A DNA stretch of 64,000 nt. It comes from an uncultured Planctomycetota bacterium (GTDB lineage: Bacteria; Planctomycetota; Planctomycetia; Isosphaerales; Isosphaeraceae). Both the position numbers and the translations under genes were made by a program. The DNA is taken from the NCBI GenBank assembly GCA_963823665.1, contig CAWGMQ010000008.1:832001-896000 (forward strand), read 5' to 3'. Below the pieces are notes generated by a model. It worked only from the letters and a program-made list of their open reading frames with translations. It was not told where the DNA came from and searched no databases. Positions 20,081 to 32,861 of the stretch are shown piece after piece; within the stretch, counting starts at the first letter, position 1; every line of letters starts with the position of its first letter.

Positions 20081-23000
20081 TCAATTGTTGTCTACGAAAC
20101 CAAAATCAAAGCTCGCAGGTTCGCCCGCTCGGGCACCGAGCCCGGGGTCGAGTGTCGACCAGATCGTCACGCCACCATCGGCGCCGGCGCCGGCGATCTG
20201 TCTGCCGTCGGGGCTGGCGGCGACGGCGGCGAGGCCGGTGTCGGCGCGGATGGCACAGGCCTCTAACCCGGTGGCCGGGCTCCACAAGTTCAAGGCACCG
20301 TCTGACCCGACAGCCAGCAACCGGGAGCCACCAGGGTAGAACGCCAGGCCCGAGATGGCACCAGAATCCCCCCGCAGGACCTGGAGCGCCCTGCCGGTCG
20401 CCGCGTCCCACAGCCGAACGGTTTTGTCCAGGCTGCCTGAGGCGAGGAGTTTGCCGTCGGGGCTAAAGGCGACGATGGCGGCCTCGCGAGCGTGCCCCTT
20501 GAGAATCAAAAGCTCCCGGCCGTCGGCCAGGTCCCATATTCGGACGGTATGGTCCGAGCCAGCGGACGCCAGTCGGTGTCCGTCGGGACTGAACGCCAAC
20601 CCGGCGACCGGACCGGCCTGCCCGGGCAACGATCGCAGCTCCCGGCCGTCGGCGACCTGCCAGACCTTGATCTCGCCGGGCCCGTTGGGCCCGCCGCCGG
20701 CCGTGGCCACGCGGTCCCCGCTGGGGCTGTAGGTGACGGTCAGGACCGGGCCGGCATGCCCGCGCAAGGTCCGGACTTCTTCGCCGGTTGCCACGTCCCA
20801 GATCCGCGCTGTTCCATCGCGACCGGCTGAAACCAGGAACTGGATGTCGGGGCCGAACGAAACGCCGGTGGCCGCACCGGAATGCCCCTTCAATGCAAAA
20901 ACCTCGCGACCGCCTGGGCCGAGGTCCTTGTCGTCGGTCGCCACGTCCCAGACCCGCACCACGCCGTCGGCGCCGCAAGAGGCAAGGCGCTGGCTGTCGG
21001 GACTGTAGGCGACACCGGTTGCCGGCCCCGTGTGGCCCCGCAGCGTCTGGACATCCGAGCGGGAGACCGAGGTGCCAGCAGATCACCTCCCCCGGCCGCC
21101 CGGGCTCTCCGAAGGCGACGATCAGCCGACGGCCGTCGAGCGGGAATGCAAGTGCGGAGGCAGGGTCGCCGCCACCGCGAAGGATGAATTGCGGCTGGCC
21201 ACTGTCGGTGTCCCAGAACTGGACCACGCCCTCGGTTCCCGCCGCGGCGAGCGTCCGTCCGTCAGGCGAGATCGCCATCCCCGCGATGCCCCCGGTATGT
21301 CCCCGGATGACGAACCGCTGCTTGCGGGCCTCCATGTCCCACAGCTTGACCTCGCCGGCTCCGCCGGGCGGCATCGTCGCAGCCGCGAGGGTCTTGCCGT
21401 CGGGTGAGGCCGCCAGCGCGACGACAGCGCCTGAGTGCCCTTCGAGCGTGAACCGGCACGCCCCGGTTGTGGTGTCCCGCACCTTGATCGTGCGGTCGTC
21501 GCCAGCCGAGGCGAGCAACCGGCCGTCCAAGCTGAAGACCACGGTGCGTACGGCCCCGACGTGGTCGCGCACGGTGGCGACTTCCCTGCCGCTGGCGGCA
21601 TCCCACAGCCGGACCGTACCATCGGCCCCGGCGGAAGCGAGCCGCCCATCGAGGCCGAAGGCGACCGCCAGCACCGCCCCGGTGTGCCCAGCGCAGGTGA
21701 AGACGACCTGGGCGGACACCTTCTCACCCGGGTTGGGGACTTGCTCGTCGGGGACGGCCTGCCAGATCTTGACGGTCTGGTCTTCGCTCGCTGACGCGAA
21801 CGATCGACCGTCGGGGGCGAACGCCAGCGCAGTGACGCGGCCGGAGTGGCCCTGAAGAGTGGGCCATTGGTCGGCGGCGAACGAATCCGCCCTGAGCTGG
21901 ATGGAGCCGTCGCGGCCCCCCAGGACGAGGCGCTTGCCTGCGGGGCTGACAGCGATGGCGGCGATCTGGTCCTGCGTCGTCAGGCGCGAGTGGTCACGAT
22001 GGGCACGGTGCTTCAGGTAGGCCCACTCCCAGCCTCGCAGGCCCTGGGGACAGCGATCGAGCAGCTCGTCGGCGCGGCTCAGCTCGTTGGCGGCCAGCTC
22101 GCGCTGGGTCGAGGCGAGCGTCTGGAAATACAGGTAGTTCTCGACCTTGGCCAGCGCCTCGGCCGTCTGGAGCTTCTGGTCCTCCTCCGCCCGCTTGGCG
22201 CGCTCCGTTTCCCGCAGCGCATCGGTCAACCTGGCGTTGAATTGCTCCAGCTTTGTGCGGTAGGACTGGCCGACAGCGAAGGCGACGAGCGACACGACGG
22301 CTAAAGCGCCGACCAGAATAAGGGCGGCAATCGCCGGTCGCCGACGCGCCCACTTTATCGAGCGCTCCCAGGGGGAAACGGGCCTGGCGAGGATCGGCTC
22401 GCCGGCCAGGAATCGGTGCAGGTCAACCGCGAGGGCCGCGGCTGTGGCGTACCGCTTGGCTGAATCTTTCTGCAGGCACTTGAGGCAAATTGTCTCGAGA
22501 TCGCGCGGAATCGACGCATTGAGCCGCCGCGGCGAAACCGGCTCGTCGCTGATAACCTGGATGACGGTGTCCATCGCCGTCGACGCCTGGAACGGCGGCC
22601 GGCCGGTGACCAGGGCATAGAGGGTCGCCCCCAGCGCATACACGTCGGCCGCGGGTCCGACGTCGCCTCGCTTGCCCCCAGCCTGTTCCGGCGGCATATA
22701 ACTTGGCGTGCCCATGATCTGGCCCGAGCCCGTGAGCCCGCTATCGCCCTGCACCTTCTTGGCCAGGCCGAAGTCCGTGACACGCGGATTGCCGTTCTGG
22801 TCGAGCAGGATGTTGGCCGGCTTCAAGTCACGGTGAATCACGCCGCGCTGGTGGGCGTACTCGATGGCCTCGCTGACCCGACGGATCAGCTCCGCCGCCT
22901 CTCGAGAAGGCAGCGGTCCCTCGGCCAGGCGCTGGGAGAGGCTCTGCCCCTCGACGAAACCCATGGAGAAATAATGCTGGCCCTCGTGCTGGCCGACCTC

Positions 23001-23348
23001 GTAGATCGGGACGATCCCAGGATGATCCAGGTTCGCCGCCGCCTCCGCCTCGGTGTGGAATCGCTTGACGTCGTTGTCGTCGGCAAACTGGCCCGCCAGG
23101 ATCATCTTGAGCGCGACCGTGCGGTTGAGGCTCACCTGACGCCCGCGGAACACGACGCCCATGCCGCCGCGGGCGATCTCGCGGGTGATTTCGTAGTCGC
23201 CGAAGTAGCGGATGCGGGTGAGCTCGCGTGCGACGGGTGTGGCCGATGGATGTTGCCGGAGCACCGAGGCGGTGGGCTCGTCGTGGGCAGTGCGACGGCC
23301 GAGGTCGACGTTCAACTCGCCGAGGTTCTCACTGGGGCGGTCGCTCAT
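20081..23348 (-). CDS. Ser/Thr protein kinase (K2) with TM and 14 WD40 repeats; single frameshift at ~21056-21070; leader internally shortened
   Basis: Kinase domain near-identical to K1, with LRGWEWAYL motif. Seven WD40 repeats lie before and seven after the frameshift. Confidence 0.9.
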
Positions 23349-23438
23349 CTTGATTCGGTCCTTGGATCGGGGCCCATCGTCTGCTCTCGGCCTGAACCGG
23401 TCTGGCGACGCCACGTGACATAGACTCACTTCGAACTA

Positions 23439-23482
23439 CATGTCCGATTGCCGTGCGATTGTGACATGGCGTTCAAGATCAA
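23439..23482 (-). promoter_or_regulatory. Conserved kinase upstream element (copy 2)
   Basis: Minus strand reads TTGATCTTGAACGCCATGTCACAATCGCACGGCAATCGGACATG. Confidence 0.65.
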
Positions 23483-23541
23483 ACAGAATAGTGGGGACAC
23501 GAACCTCTGGCGAAACGATTTCGGCACAAACGGCCTTTCGG

Positions 23542-25368
23542 CTAGCGTCGCGAGAATCGCCAGCCCGGGACGAACAATCCGATGCCGAATACCACACCGA
23601 AGATCGCTGGGCCGACGCTCGGCTCGACGGCCAGTACCAATGCAAGCACCGCGCACGCCGCAGCCAGAACGTAGAATGAACCCCCCAGGATCGTGGCCAT
23701 GCACCCGGCCGCCAATCCGCACTGAAGTACCACGAGCGGCAGCAGCCGGGTTACCTCCAGACCAATCAGAACCACGATCGCTCCGGTGAGAACACAACTG
23801 GCGGCGAACATGCCCCAGACCTGTCCGAGCTGGCGCTCGATCGGTGTCAGGGCGGGTCCGTCACGGAAGCGGTAGTACCAGGCGGGGACCATCAGGGAGA
23901 GGAGTCCGATTGCCCACAATGCGACAAAAGGTGCGGCCTGGCGGGTGCCGGCCCAGATCAAGACATTGGAAGCCAGAAAGAGCACGAAGACCTGAACGGC
24001 GTGCCACATCCAGACCCGGCCCCAGAGAGCCATCACTTCGGTGTGGCGCGTGTCGCGCAGCAGCATTCGCATCAGACGGCCGGTTGAGCTGACTTCCGCC
24101 AGAACCGGTTCGCCGCTGAGATAGGCGTCCAGGTCTTCGGCGAGAGCATCCGCCGTGTTGTACCGGCGCTGCGGGTCCTTTTCGAGGCACTTCAGACAGA
24201 TCGACTCGAGATCCCGGTCGATACCGGGTTTGAACGAGCGCGGCCGCTCTGGATCCCGTTCGACGACTTGCAGCAAGATATCGATCACGCTATCGCCGCG
24301 GAACGGCGGCCGGCCCGTGATCAGCTCGTACAGAATCGCGCCCAGCGCGTAAATGTCAGCCGCGGTTGTCAGGTTTTTGTTCTGCCCGGCAGCCTGCTCC
24401 GGCGCCATGTAACTGGGTGTGCCCATGATGGCTCCTGATTGGGTCAGTTTGCAGTCGGCCTCAATTCGCTTGGCCAGGCCGAAGTCACCGACGTGTGGCT
24501 GGCCGCTGCGATCGAGCAGGATGTTGGCCGGTTTGAGATCGCGGTGAAGGATGCCGTGCTGATGAGCGAAGTGCACGGCGCGTGCCACCATGCTCAGCAG
24601 ACGGGCCGCCGCCTGCGGGTCCTCGACGTAGCGGGGAATCGCATCGGCCAGGCTGCCGCCGTCGATGAGACGCATGCTGAAATAATGCTGTCCGTCATGT
24701 TCTCCAATTTCGTAAATCGGTACGATGTGCGCGTGGTCGAGGAGGGCCGCTGACTCGGCTTCAACGTGGAACCGCCTGAGGTCCGTGTCGGTGGCGAGCC
24801 GATCACTCGGGATCATCTTGAGCGCAACAAATCGATTGAGGCTGATCTGTCGGGCGAAGAACACCACACCCATGCCGCCGCGGGCGATCTCGCGGATGAT
24901 CTCGTAGTCGCCGAAGCGGCGGATGTGGGTGGGATCGGACGCGCCGGCTGTGGGCGATGGATCTTGACCAAGCGCACCGGTGGTGGGCTGATCGTGAGGG
25001 GATCGCTGCGCGTTGCCGGGTGGTAACGTAGCCCCCTCGAGAACCGACGAGCGCGCTGGTCCAGGGGCGATGGTCAGCGCCTCGGCGATCGTGGAGGGAT
25101 CGGGTGCCGGCCGGGGCTCGGGCTCCGTGGGAGGGCCAGCCTCGCGATTCGCGACTGTCTGCTCCGAAGGGTGCAGCTCGCGATCCAGGGCTTCCAACTC
25201 GGCCCGCAGTGCAGGTCGGCCCTCGTCAGGCACGTCGACCAGATAGTCGTGGATACGCGGTTGACGTCCTTCGCGGACGTCGGCCTCGAACCGCCGGCAG
25301 ACCTGATCAATGTGCCGGGCCAGATCGATTTCCATGTCATCGATGTGATCGCTGGGGCGGTCGGTCAT
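23542..25368 (-). CDS. Ser/Thr protein kinase (K3) with the shared N-terminal leader and a C-terminal multi-TM domain
   Basis: MTDRPSDH...RFEAD leader. [11 protein letters not shown] and GTPSYMAPE motifs. About 6 C-terminal hydrophobic helices. Confidence 0.93.
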   Translation of the reverse strand: MTDRPSDHIDDMEIDLARHIDQVCRRFEADVREGRQPRIHDYLVDVPDEGRPALRAELEALDRELHPSEQTVANREAGPPTEPEPRPAPDPSTIAEALTIAPGPARSSVLEGATLPPGNAQRSPHDQPTTGALGQDPSPTAGASDPTHIRRFGDYEIIREIARGGMGVVFFARQISLNRFVALKMIPSDRLATDTDLRRFHVEAESAALLDHAHIVPIYEIGEHDGQHYFSMRLIDGGSLADAIPRYVEDPQAAARLLSMVARAVHFAHQHGILHRDLKPANILLDRSGQPHVGDFGLAKRIEADCKLTQSGAIMGTPSYMAPEQAAGQNKNLTTAADIYALGAILYELITGRPPFRGDSVIDILLQVVERDPERPRSFKPGIDRDLESICLKCLEKDPQRRYNTADALAEDLDAYLSGEPVLAEVSSTGRLMRMLLRDTRHTEVMALWGRVWMWHAVQVFVLFLASNVLIWAGTRQAAPFVALWAIGLLSLMVPAWYYRFRDGPALTPIERQLGQVWGMFAASCVLTGAIVVLIGLEVTRLLPLVVLQCGLAAGCMATILGGSFYVLAAACAVLALVLAVEPSVGPAIFGVVFGIGLFVPGWRFSRR

Positions 25369-25728
25369 CTTGACGGGTCCAGGGCCTTCGGTCATTCACG
25401 TCCAGGATCAACACTAGCGGATTTGACCCTACGATGGTATTGGCCGGATTGCCGCGAGAAGACGTTCAAACGCTTTGTTCGACTACTCAGATCGTTCGCA
25501 ATCACCGATCTTCACCCGGGTCATAACAACGCGAGCAGGATGACCGATGGGTCGAGTGTGTCACCTTGGAAATCGCAATCGACATCGCGGTGAGCCTCAT
25601 CTCACGCTCCGGCACACCCTGGACTGTCGCGGTGGTTTCTGCTATAGACGCGCCATTCTTCCAGCCCGCGTCACGGTCCAGGGACCTTTTTGGGCAACCG
25701 GCTTTACCTCGAAAGAGGAGCAATCACC

Positions 25729-26538
25729 ATGAGCGTATTGGTCGAGTCTGCGGCGGCGCCGATGGATTTGTGCGCCCTGCACCAGCGCATGGGCCGCGTG
25801 TACCACCAGCCGGTGCGTGTGCGGTCGTTCACGAACAAGCGGTTCACGGTCAATTTCCGCGTGCCGCTCGATCAACTCCGCCGGATTGTGCCCGAGAGGC
25901 TCGACCTCGACGAAATTCCCGGCACGGGGCTCGGCATGTTCAGCATGTGCGCCTGCGACTTCTGGGTGAGCCGGCTCGGCCTGGTGCCCATCCCGCCGGT
26001 CCGCAACAACGACATGCTGTTGCGCGTCAGCACCAAGATCACGAAAGGCGGCAGCGTCTATCGAACTTATTACACGTTGCGGTCTGACTCATCGTCACGG
26101 TTCCTGGGCTTCTTCGGCAAGCGATTCTCGCACTTCCGCAAGCAGGTGTCGGAGTTCGTGCGCGTGGACGACGGCACCGCATACAGCCTGGAGAACCGGG
26201 CGACTGACCCGCTCTGTCGAGGCAAGTTCACCGCGGTCATGTCTTCCATCACGAAGGATAAGCCGGAGACGACGGATTTCGCCGACGTTGATGCGGCGAA
26301 GAAGTTTGTGTTCGACCTGGATGGCAGCAGCGGCTACAGCTACGAACGGGACATGCTCTCGTTCCAGAAGATTGACTACCCGCCATGGGACATGTATTTC
26401 TGCCACGAATACAGATACGATTTCCCCCTGATGGACTACTTGAACGAGACCTTCAGCCTCGAGCCCGAGCTGGATTGCGTCTTGTTCATGAAGAACACGG
26501 AGCAAACCTGGGGCACGTCTTGGCTGTACCGAAACTGA
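25729..26538 (+). CDS. DUF2071 (YqjF-like) family protein
   Basis: GAGGAG RBS. TVNFRVPLDQLRRIVPERLDLD and MLLRV...Y.LRSDSSS motifs resemble DUF2071. Confidence 0.65.
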   Translation: MSVLVESAAAPMDLCALHQRMGRVYHQPVRVRSFTNKRFTVNFRVPLDQLRRIVPERLDLDEIPGTGLGMFSMCACDFWVSRLGLVPIPPVRNNDMLLRVSTKITKGGSVYRTYYTLRSDSSSRFLGFFGKRFSHFRKQVSEFVRVDDGTAYSLENRATDPLCRGKFTAVMSSITKDKPETTDFADVDAAKKFVFDLDGSSGYSYERDMLSFQKIDYPPWDMYFCHEYRYDFPLMDYLNETFSLEPELDCVLFMKNTEQTWGTSWLYRN

Positions 26539-26761
26539 TGACGGGCGGCGCTTTACCCGGCGCTCGACATCCGTGATCTGGGACTTTGCGGGAATGACGC
26601 GGTTCATCGCGATCACCGCTTCAGGGTCATGAGCTTGAGCAGAGGATCGAAATCTGAAGCCGGCTAGCGGGGCGGCGCATCCCCACTCAACTCAAGATTA
26701 CCACTAGAACCATTCGAAGCCTCTGCGATCGATGCCGGCCTGTTTCGCCAGAAGCTGCTCG

Positions 26762-27232
26762 TCAGCGCCTGACGCAAGAGTTGGCCGTTATAGTCCTCCC
26801 CGGTTTCGCTGGACGAAATTCATCCGGACGTCGTAGAGACTTTCCTCGGCGAGCTCGGCAGGGTGCGAGCCACCAAATCTCGGTGAGTTGAGCTGTTCGG
26901 ACCGCGCCAGCATGACCACGGCTTCCGCGGTCATGCCGGCGCGATACTGGGCCAACCCGATCCGTGTTAAACGACGCTCCCTCATAGGCGGTGCTCTCAG
27001 TGAACTGGCCGGCGGGGCCGCGGAGGGCGCGGAGGTCCTTGCCGGCGGTGGCATCCCAGAGCTGCACACTGTCGACGTGACCGGTGGTGGCGAGGGTGCG
27101 GCCATCGGGGCTATACACTACGCTGCGGCCGAGTTGTATGTGTTCGGGGAGCGTGCGAAGCTCCAATTGGCGAAGCCGATCCAGGTCGACGTCGAGGCCG
27201 CCGAAGTTGCTGCTCCTTCGGTCGCTCATCAT
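26762..27232 (-). pseudogene. Heavily deleted remnant of another kinase-WD40-TPR gene (leader start, one WD40, TPR-tail fragment)
   Basis: MMSDRRSSNFGGLDVDL joins directly to DRLRQLELRTL..YSPDGRTLAT..LWDA. Another frame carries IGLAQYRAG...GGSHPAELA. Confidence 0.8.
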
Positions 27233-27317
27233 GATTCGGTTCTTTGGAAACGGTCCATCGGCTGCCCGCATCTGCAATGGCCTGACGAGGCCGGACGAAG
27301 AAACATCTGTTCAGAAA

Positions 27318-27361
27318 ACTGACTGCTTCGAGTGCGATTGTGACATCGTGTTCGCGATTTA
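27318..27361 (-). promoter_or_regulatory. Conserved kinase upstream element (copy 3, right half degenerate)
   Basis: Minus strand reads TAAATCGCGAACACGATGTCACAATCGCACTCGAAGCAGTCAGT. Confidence 0.55.
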
Positions 27362-27416
27362 TGAGTTTGCGGGCTCGCTACGATTTGAGGGCGAGTGTTG
27401 ACCTTGACGAACACGC

Positions 27417-30400
27417 TCACGGCGAGGCCCTGGGATCGATCGGCTCGCCGCCAGCGCGGGTGAACAAGGCGCGGAGGACAGCTTGCGGAGTGTCTGTCTT
27501 CACGAATCGCACGGAGCCGTCGGCGAAGAGTGCGTTGAAACCACCTGAGAATCCGAGCCCTCCGAGTTTTGGAAGGGGACGCGAGGGATCGGGGTCGTAC
27601 TCGAGCTCGTCGGGCTTGGTCCAGGGTACAGGCTCGGCGGCCTCGACGACGAGCAGCGTGTGGCGGGGTCCGTCGGGGATGTCGCGAGAATTCACCGACA
27701 TCAGCCGGGCGCCGGGAGCCGTGGGAAAGAGTGTCGCCGATCCAGTCACGACGCGGTAATACGTCAGGCCGCGCTGCGGCGCCGGCTCACTCGTCGGCTC
27801 CGGGCGGCGCCGGGGTGGGCCGGCCGGCGGACTGATCGCCGTTGGGGCGGCGAACACGGCGGGCAGCTTCGCCAGCAGCGGCTGGTTGCGCGGGCTGTCC
27901 CACGGCTCATCCAGATGGAACTCGTCGTACAGCTTCTGTTGGCCGGGCAGGAACGGCAAGATCGAAACTCGCCACGAGAGCAGTGGCCGTCCGTTCTGCG
28001 CGCGGGCGGCGGCGGGCAAGGTCACGAATGCAGCGCAATGTTTGAACAGGGCCTGTCCGATCACTCTGAGGTCCTTTGCGGATTGCAGGCGGCGCCGGCT
28101 GTCCTGGGCCCGGTCGCGGGTGGACTGAAACGACGGCTGCATAGTCGGCTCGGCGGGGGGCAGTGCCGCGAGCCGCTCGGCGAGTGTTAGCCCGTGCGCG
28201 TCCGGCGGTCGAGGCCGAGCGCGCGGCCAGGCGGCGGGCCAGAGCCGGGGGCTGCCGGTCCGGGCGTCCCAGAACCGGATCGAGCCGTCCATGAGGCGCG
28301 CGGCGACCCAGGCGCCGTCGGGACTGAACGCGAGGCTCCGCCCCATGGCGACGTTGGCCGAAATTCGATGCAGTTCGCCGCCGCTGGCGGGATTCCAGAG
28401 CTTGATCGCGTCGTCCCAGCCGGCGGTGGCAACGGTTCGGCCGTCGGGCGCGAAGGCGGCTGCAGAGATCCCGTTGCGATGGGCGACGAACCGCCGGAGG
28501 AGCGCGCCGGACGTGAAGTCGTAGAGTCGAAGTGCGGCGGGAGGTCCGCCGCCGGCCGGCTCGATCGCCTCTGGCAGGGCCAGCGTGCGGCCATCGGGCC
28601 CGAAAGCCGCGGCGGCCAATTGCCGCCCGTCGGCCGAGAGGGTCCGCAGCTCCCGTCCGTCGGCCGCGTCGACCAGACACACCTCGCGGGCGACTCCACG
28701 CGCCTTCGGATCGCCGCCGGAGATGGCGAGCGTGCGCCCGTCCGGCGCCATGGCCAAGTGGGTGAGCACGTCGACCGATGCCGGAGGCGCGAACGACGCC
28801 AGCGTCTTGCCGTCAGCGACCGCGACGATACGCACCTTCGCTTTTGTGAGCAGGCTCACCGAGCCGACGGCGAGCCGCGTCCCATCGGACGTGAATGCGA
28901 GTGCGACGGGAATCTCATGTTCGCCGAGCCGAATCGCGACGAGCTGGCGCCCGGTCCGGGGTTCCCAGACCGTCACTTCGCCCCCCTCGTCGCTGTTACC
29001 CGCGATGGCCAGGGCGCTGCTGTCGGGTGCGACGGCGAGAGCCTGAGCCAGGACCGTTTGTCCCCTCAAGCGCTCGCGCGTCCGACCGGTCGCGCCGTCG
29101 CGGAGACGCACGACGCCATCGGTGTCGAGCGTGGCCAGCGCCCATTCCCCGCGGTCGCGACCGGGGATGAAGGCGAACTCTCTGATCGCGGCGCCCTTGT
29201 GACCCTTGATGGCCAGTGGGTCCTCGAAGGCCGGCGCGTCCCAGACGCGGAGGTCGCCGGGACCGACGCTTCCGGGCGGGGGACCGCCCACGACGGCCAC
29301 GGTCGTGCCGTCGGGGGACAGCGCCAATGCGTGTAGCGGTTGCAAGGCGCCGGTCAGGGTCAGGAGCTCCTGCCCTCCGAGCGCGTCCCAGACCTTGGCG
29401 GTCTTGTCGTGACTCGCCGTCACGATCCGCGTGCCGTCGGGCGCGTAGGCGAGCGCTCTGACCGCCTCGCTGTGCCCCGCCAGCATCAGCCGTTCGTCCC
29501 CCGTGGCGATATCCCAGACCCGGACGACTCCGGGCACGTAGAAGGCCCCATCGCCGGCCGCGAGGAGTGTGCTGTCGGGGGAAAAGGCCAGCGCACCGAC
29601 TCGCCGACCGTGCCCGCTCAGCTCGCGCACGCGCGCACCGCTGGCCGCTTCCACGATGCGCAACGAGCCTCGCTGATCGCCCCAGCCCCCTCCCAACGCG
29701 AGGTGGCGCCCGTCCGGCGAGAAGGCCAGTGAGTGGATTTCATTGATCTCGCCGGGTATTGTGCGGAGCAGCCGGCCGGTGGCCGATTCCCAGAGGTGAA
29801 CGTCGCCGAATCGCGGAGCGTCGCCGTCACCGGTGGCCAGGACGCTCCCGTCGGGCGCGAACGCGACGGCGTGAACGGTCGTGGCGAATCCCTCCAGGGT
29901 AAACCGGGCCGCCGCCGCGCCGACGTCCCAGAGCACGACCGAGGCAGGCAGGCCCACTGCCCCTGCGGCTGAGGCGAGAGTGCCGCCGTCGGGGCTGAAG
30001 GCCAGGGCGTTCACCGGCGCGTCGTGCGCCTTCAACGCTCGAAGGAGTGCCAGGGGACGCGTGCGGGCGTCCCAGAGCCGCACCGTTCCGTCCTGCTCTC
30101 CGGTGGCTAGCCGTGCGCCGTCCGGCGCGAAGGCCGCGGCGTTGGCGGGGCTCAGGGCCGCGGCCGTGCTGTAGGCGCCGAGGCTTGGCACGGCATCGCC
30201 GGCCCACAGCCGGATCGTGCGGTCAGCCCCGGCGCTCGCCAGCGCGGTCGACCCTTTGCGGGGGTCGAAGGCGACGGCCTCGACCGCGCCTTCGTGACCG
30301 ACGAGTACAGCGACCGGGCGGCCCGACGCCGGCTCCCAGGTTCGGACCGTTGCGTCTGACCCGGCGGAGGCAAGCCGGGTGCCGTCGGCAGCATAATCCA

Positions 30401-32809
30401 GGTGGCTCACAGTTCCCTCGTGGCCGGCCAACGTAAATGCCAGCCGCCCGTCGTGCGCGGCGAGCACCGCGATCGTCCTGTCGGGACTGGCCGCCGCGAG
30501 CGTTTTGCCGTCCGGCGCAATCGCCACCGCCGTGGACTTGCCCGGGCGGCTCCATCTTACCTGGCCGGTGGCGACGTCCCAGAACACGAGTCCTCGCGCG
30601 CTGGGCGCGGCCGCCGGTCCGAGGGCGGCGAAGGCGTTGCCTGCTGTCGCCAGGCCCGAGCCGTCGGGAGTGAATGCCAGGGCCGACGGACGGTGGTCGG
30701 CGGGCATAGCCAGGCTTTTCGAGACACCGTCGGCGAGGGTCCAGAGCCGCACGCCCCCCGGCCCCTTGGCTCTGGCGAGGGTGTCGTCCTCGGCCGAGGC
30801 GAGCACCTTGCCGTCGGGCGCGTAGGCCAGGGCGAGAACTGGGAGCGTCGTCGTCAGCTCGCGCGGCGGGAGGTCGCTCGCCGTTTCCCAGACGAGAATC
30901 TGTTTGCCTGTGCCGGCGGCCAGGCTCTTGCCGCCGGGTGCGAACGCCAGGGTGCGAACCACTCCCGGCGCTTCGAGCACGCGCCGCGACTCACCGGCGC
31001 GGAGATCCCAGAGTCGCACGGTACGGTCCTCGCCGGCGGTGGCAGCCAGAGCGCCATCGGGCGCGAAGGCCAACGCGTGGATCGGCCCGGTGTGACCGCG
31101 AATGATTCGGGCGCCAGCGTCGGGAAGCCGCCGGAGGTAGTACCACTCGAAGCCCCGCAAGTCGTCGGCGAGACTCTCGTCGGGGCGATGGCGGTCGAGG
31201 AGATCGAGGAAGCGGGGAAGATCGTGGCGCTCCAGGCCGTTTGCGCCAACGTAACGCCGGCCGCGAAAAAATGGTGCTGCGCCTGCCGGCGCTGCTGTTC
31301 GGCCTCGGTCGCCCGCGTTTGGGCCAGCTCGCGCTGGAAGTCGGCGTCGTCGTGGGCTGCTTTCTCGGCTGTCGCGATTCGAGTCATGCGCCCAGCCTGG
31401 TCATGAAACCGCAGCGCGGCCCAAGCCGAACCTCCGGCGGCACCGAGCAGCGCGGCGACCAGGGACGCGGCCAAGGCGGCGACCGTGGGGTTACGGCGGC
31501 ACCACCGCCACGCGCGCTCCGCTTGACTCACCGGCCGCGCCAGGATCGGCTCGCCCCGCAGGAACCGGCCGAGATCTTCCTCCAACGAAGCCGCCATTGC
31601 GTATCGCTGCCCTGGCTCCTTCTCCAGGCACTTCAGACAAATCGTCTCCAGATCACGTGGAATCGACGCATTGAGCCGCCGCGGCGGGACCGGCTCGTCG
31701 CTGATGACCTGGATCACGGTATCCATCGCCGTGGCCGCCTGAAACGGCGGCCGGCCGGTGAGCAGGGCGTAGAGCGTCGCGCCCAGCGAATAAACATCTG
31801 CGGCCGGACCGACCTCGCCCCGCTTGCCCCCGGCCTGTTCCGGCGGCATGTAACTCGGGGTACCCATGATCTGTCCCGAGCCGGTCAGCCCACTATCGCC
31901 CTGCACTTTCTTGGCCAAGCCGAAGTCCGTCACTCGTGGGTTGCCGGATTGATCGAGAAGGATATTGGCCGGCTTCAAGTCGCGGTGAATGACGCCGTGC
32001 TGGTGGGCGTATTCGATGGCCTCGCTGACGCGACGAATCAGCTCAGCCGCCGCTCTGGCCGGCAGCGGCCCCTCGGCCAGGCGCTGGGACAAGCTCTGCC
32101 CCTCGACGAAACCCATCGAGAAATAATGCTGCCCCTCGTGCTCGCCGACCTCATAGATCGGCACGATGCGCGGATGGTCCAGGTTGGCCGCCGCCTGGGC
32201 CTCGATGTAGAAGCGGCGGACCGCATCCTCGTCGGCAAGCTGACCGGCCAGAATCATCTTGAGCGCGACGGTGCGATTGAGGCTCACCTGGCGGGCCCGG
32301 AACACGACGCCCATCCCGCCGCGGGCGATCTCGCGGATGATCTGGTAGTCGCCGAAGTAGCGGATGTGGGTCGGCTCGGATGCGCCGGGTGTGGCCGATG
32401 GGTCTTGGCGGTGCACCGCGGCGGTGGGCTCGTCGTGGGCAGATCGCGGCGGGTTGCTGGGCGGAACGGTCGACTCCTCGTGAACCGACGAGGGCGGCGG
32501 TGCAGGGGGGATGGTCGGCGCGTCGGCGATCGTGGAAGGGTCCGGGGCTGGCTGAGGCTCGTGAGCCGTGGGACGGCCGGCGTCGGGGCGCGCAACCGTC
32601 TCGTCCGACGGGTGCAGCTCGTGATCCAGGGCCTCCAGTTCGGTGCGGAGGGCGAGCCGGCCGTCGTCAGGCACATCGAGCAGACAATCCTCGATGCACG
32701 GTCGGCGTCCCTCGCGCACGTCAGCCTCAAATCGCCGGCAGACCTCGTCAATGCGGCGGGCCAGGTCGATGTTCAAGCGGCCGAGGTGCTGGCTGGGGCG
32801 GTCGCTCAT
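27417..32809 (-). CDS. Ser/Thr protein kinase (K4) with TM, 21 WD40 repeats and a C-terminal DUF1559-like domain; single frameshift at ~31232
   Basis: Kinase near-identical to K1/K2. Adding one G at TGG|AG restores AWERHDLPRF...LRGFEWYY. C-terminus has GRPLLSWRVSILPFL..LYDEFHLDEPWDS..DG..T.LVVEA..VPWTKP..FNALFADGSVRF. Confidence 0.9.
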
Positions 32810-32861
32810 CTTGATGAAGTCCTCTGTCCTCAGCCTTTCACGCCAGGGACCAACAGAAGGA

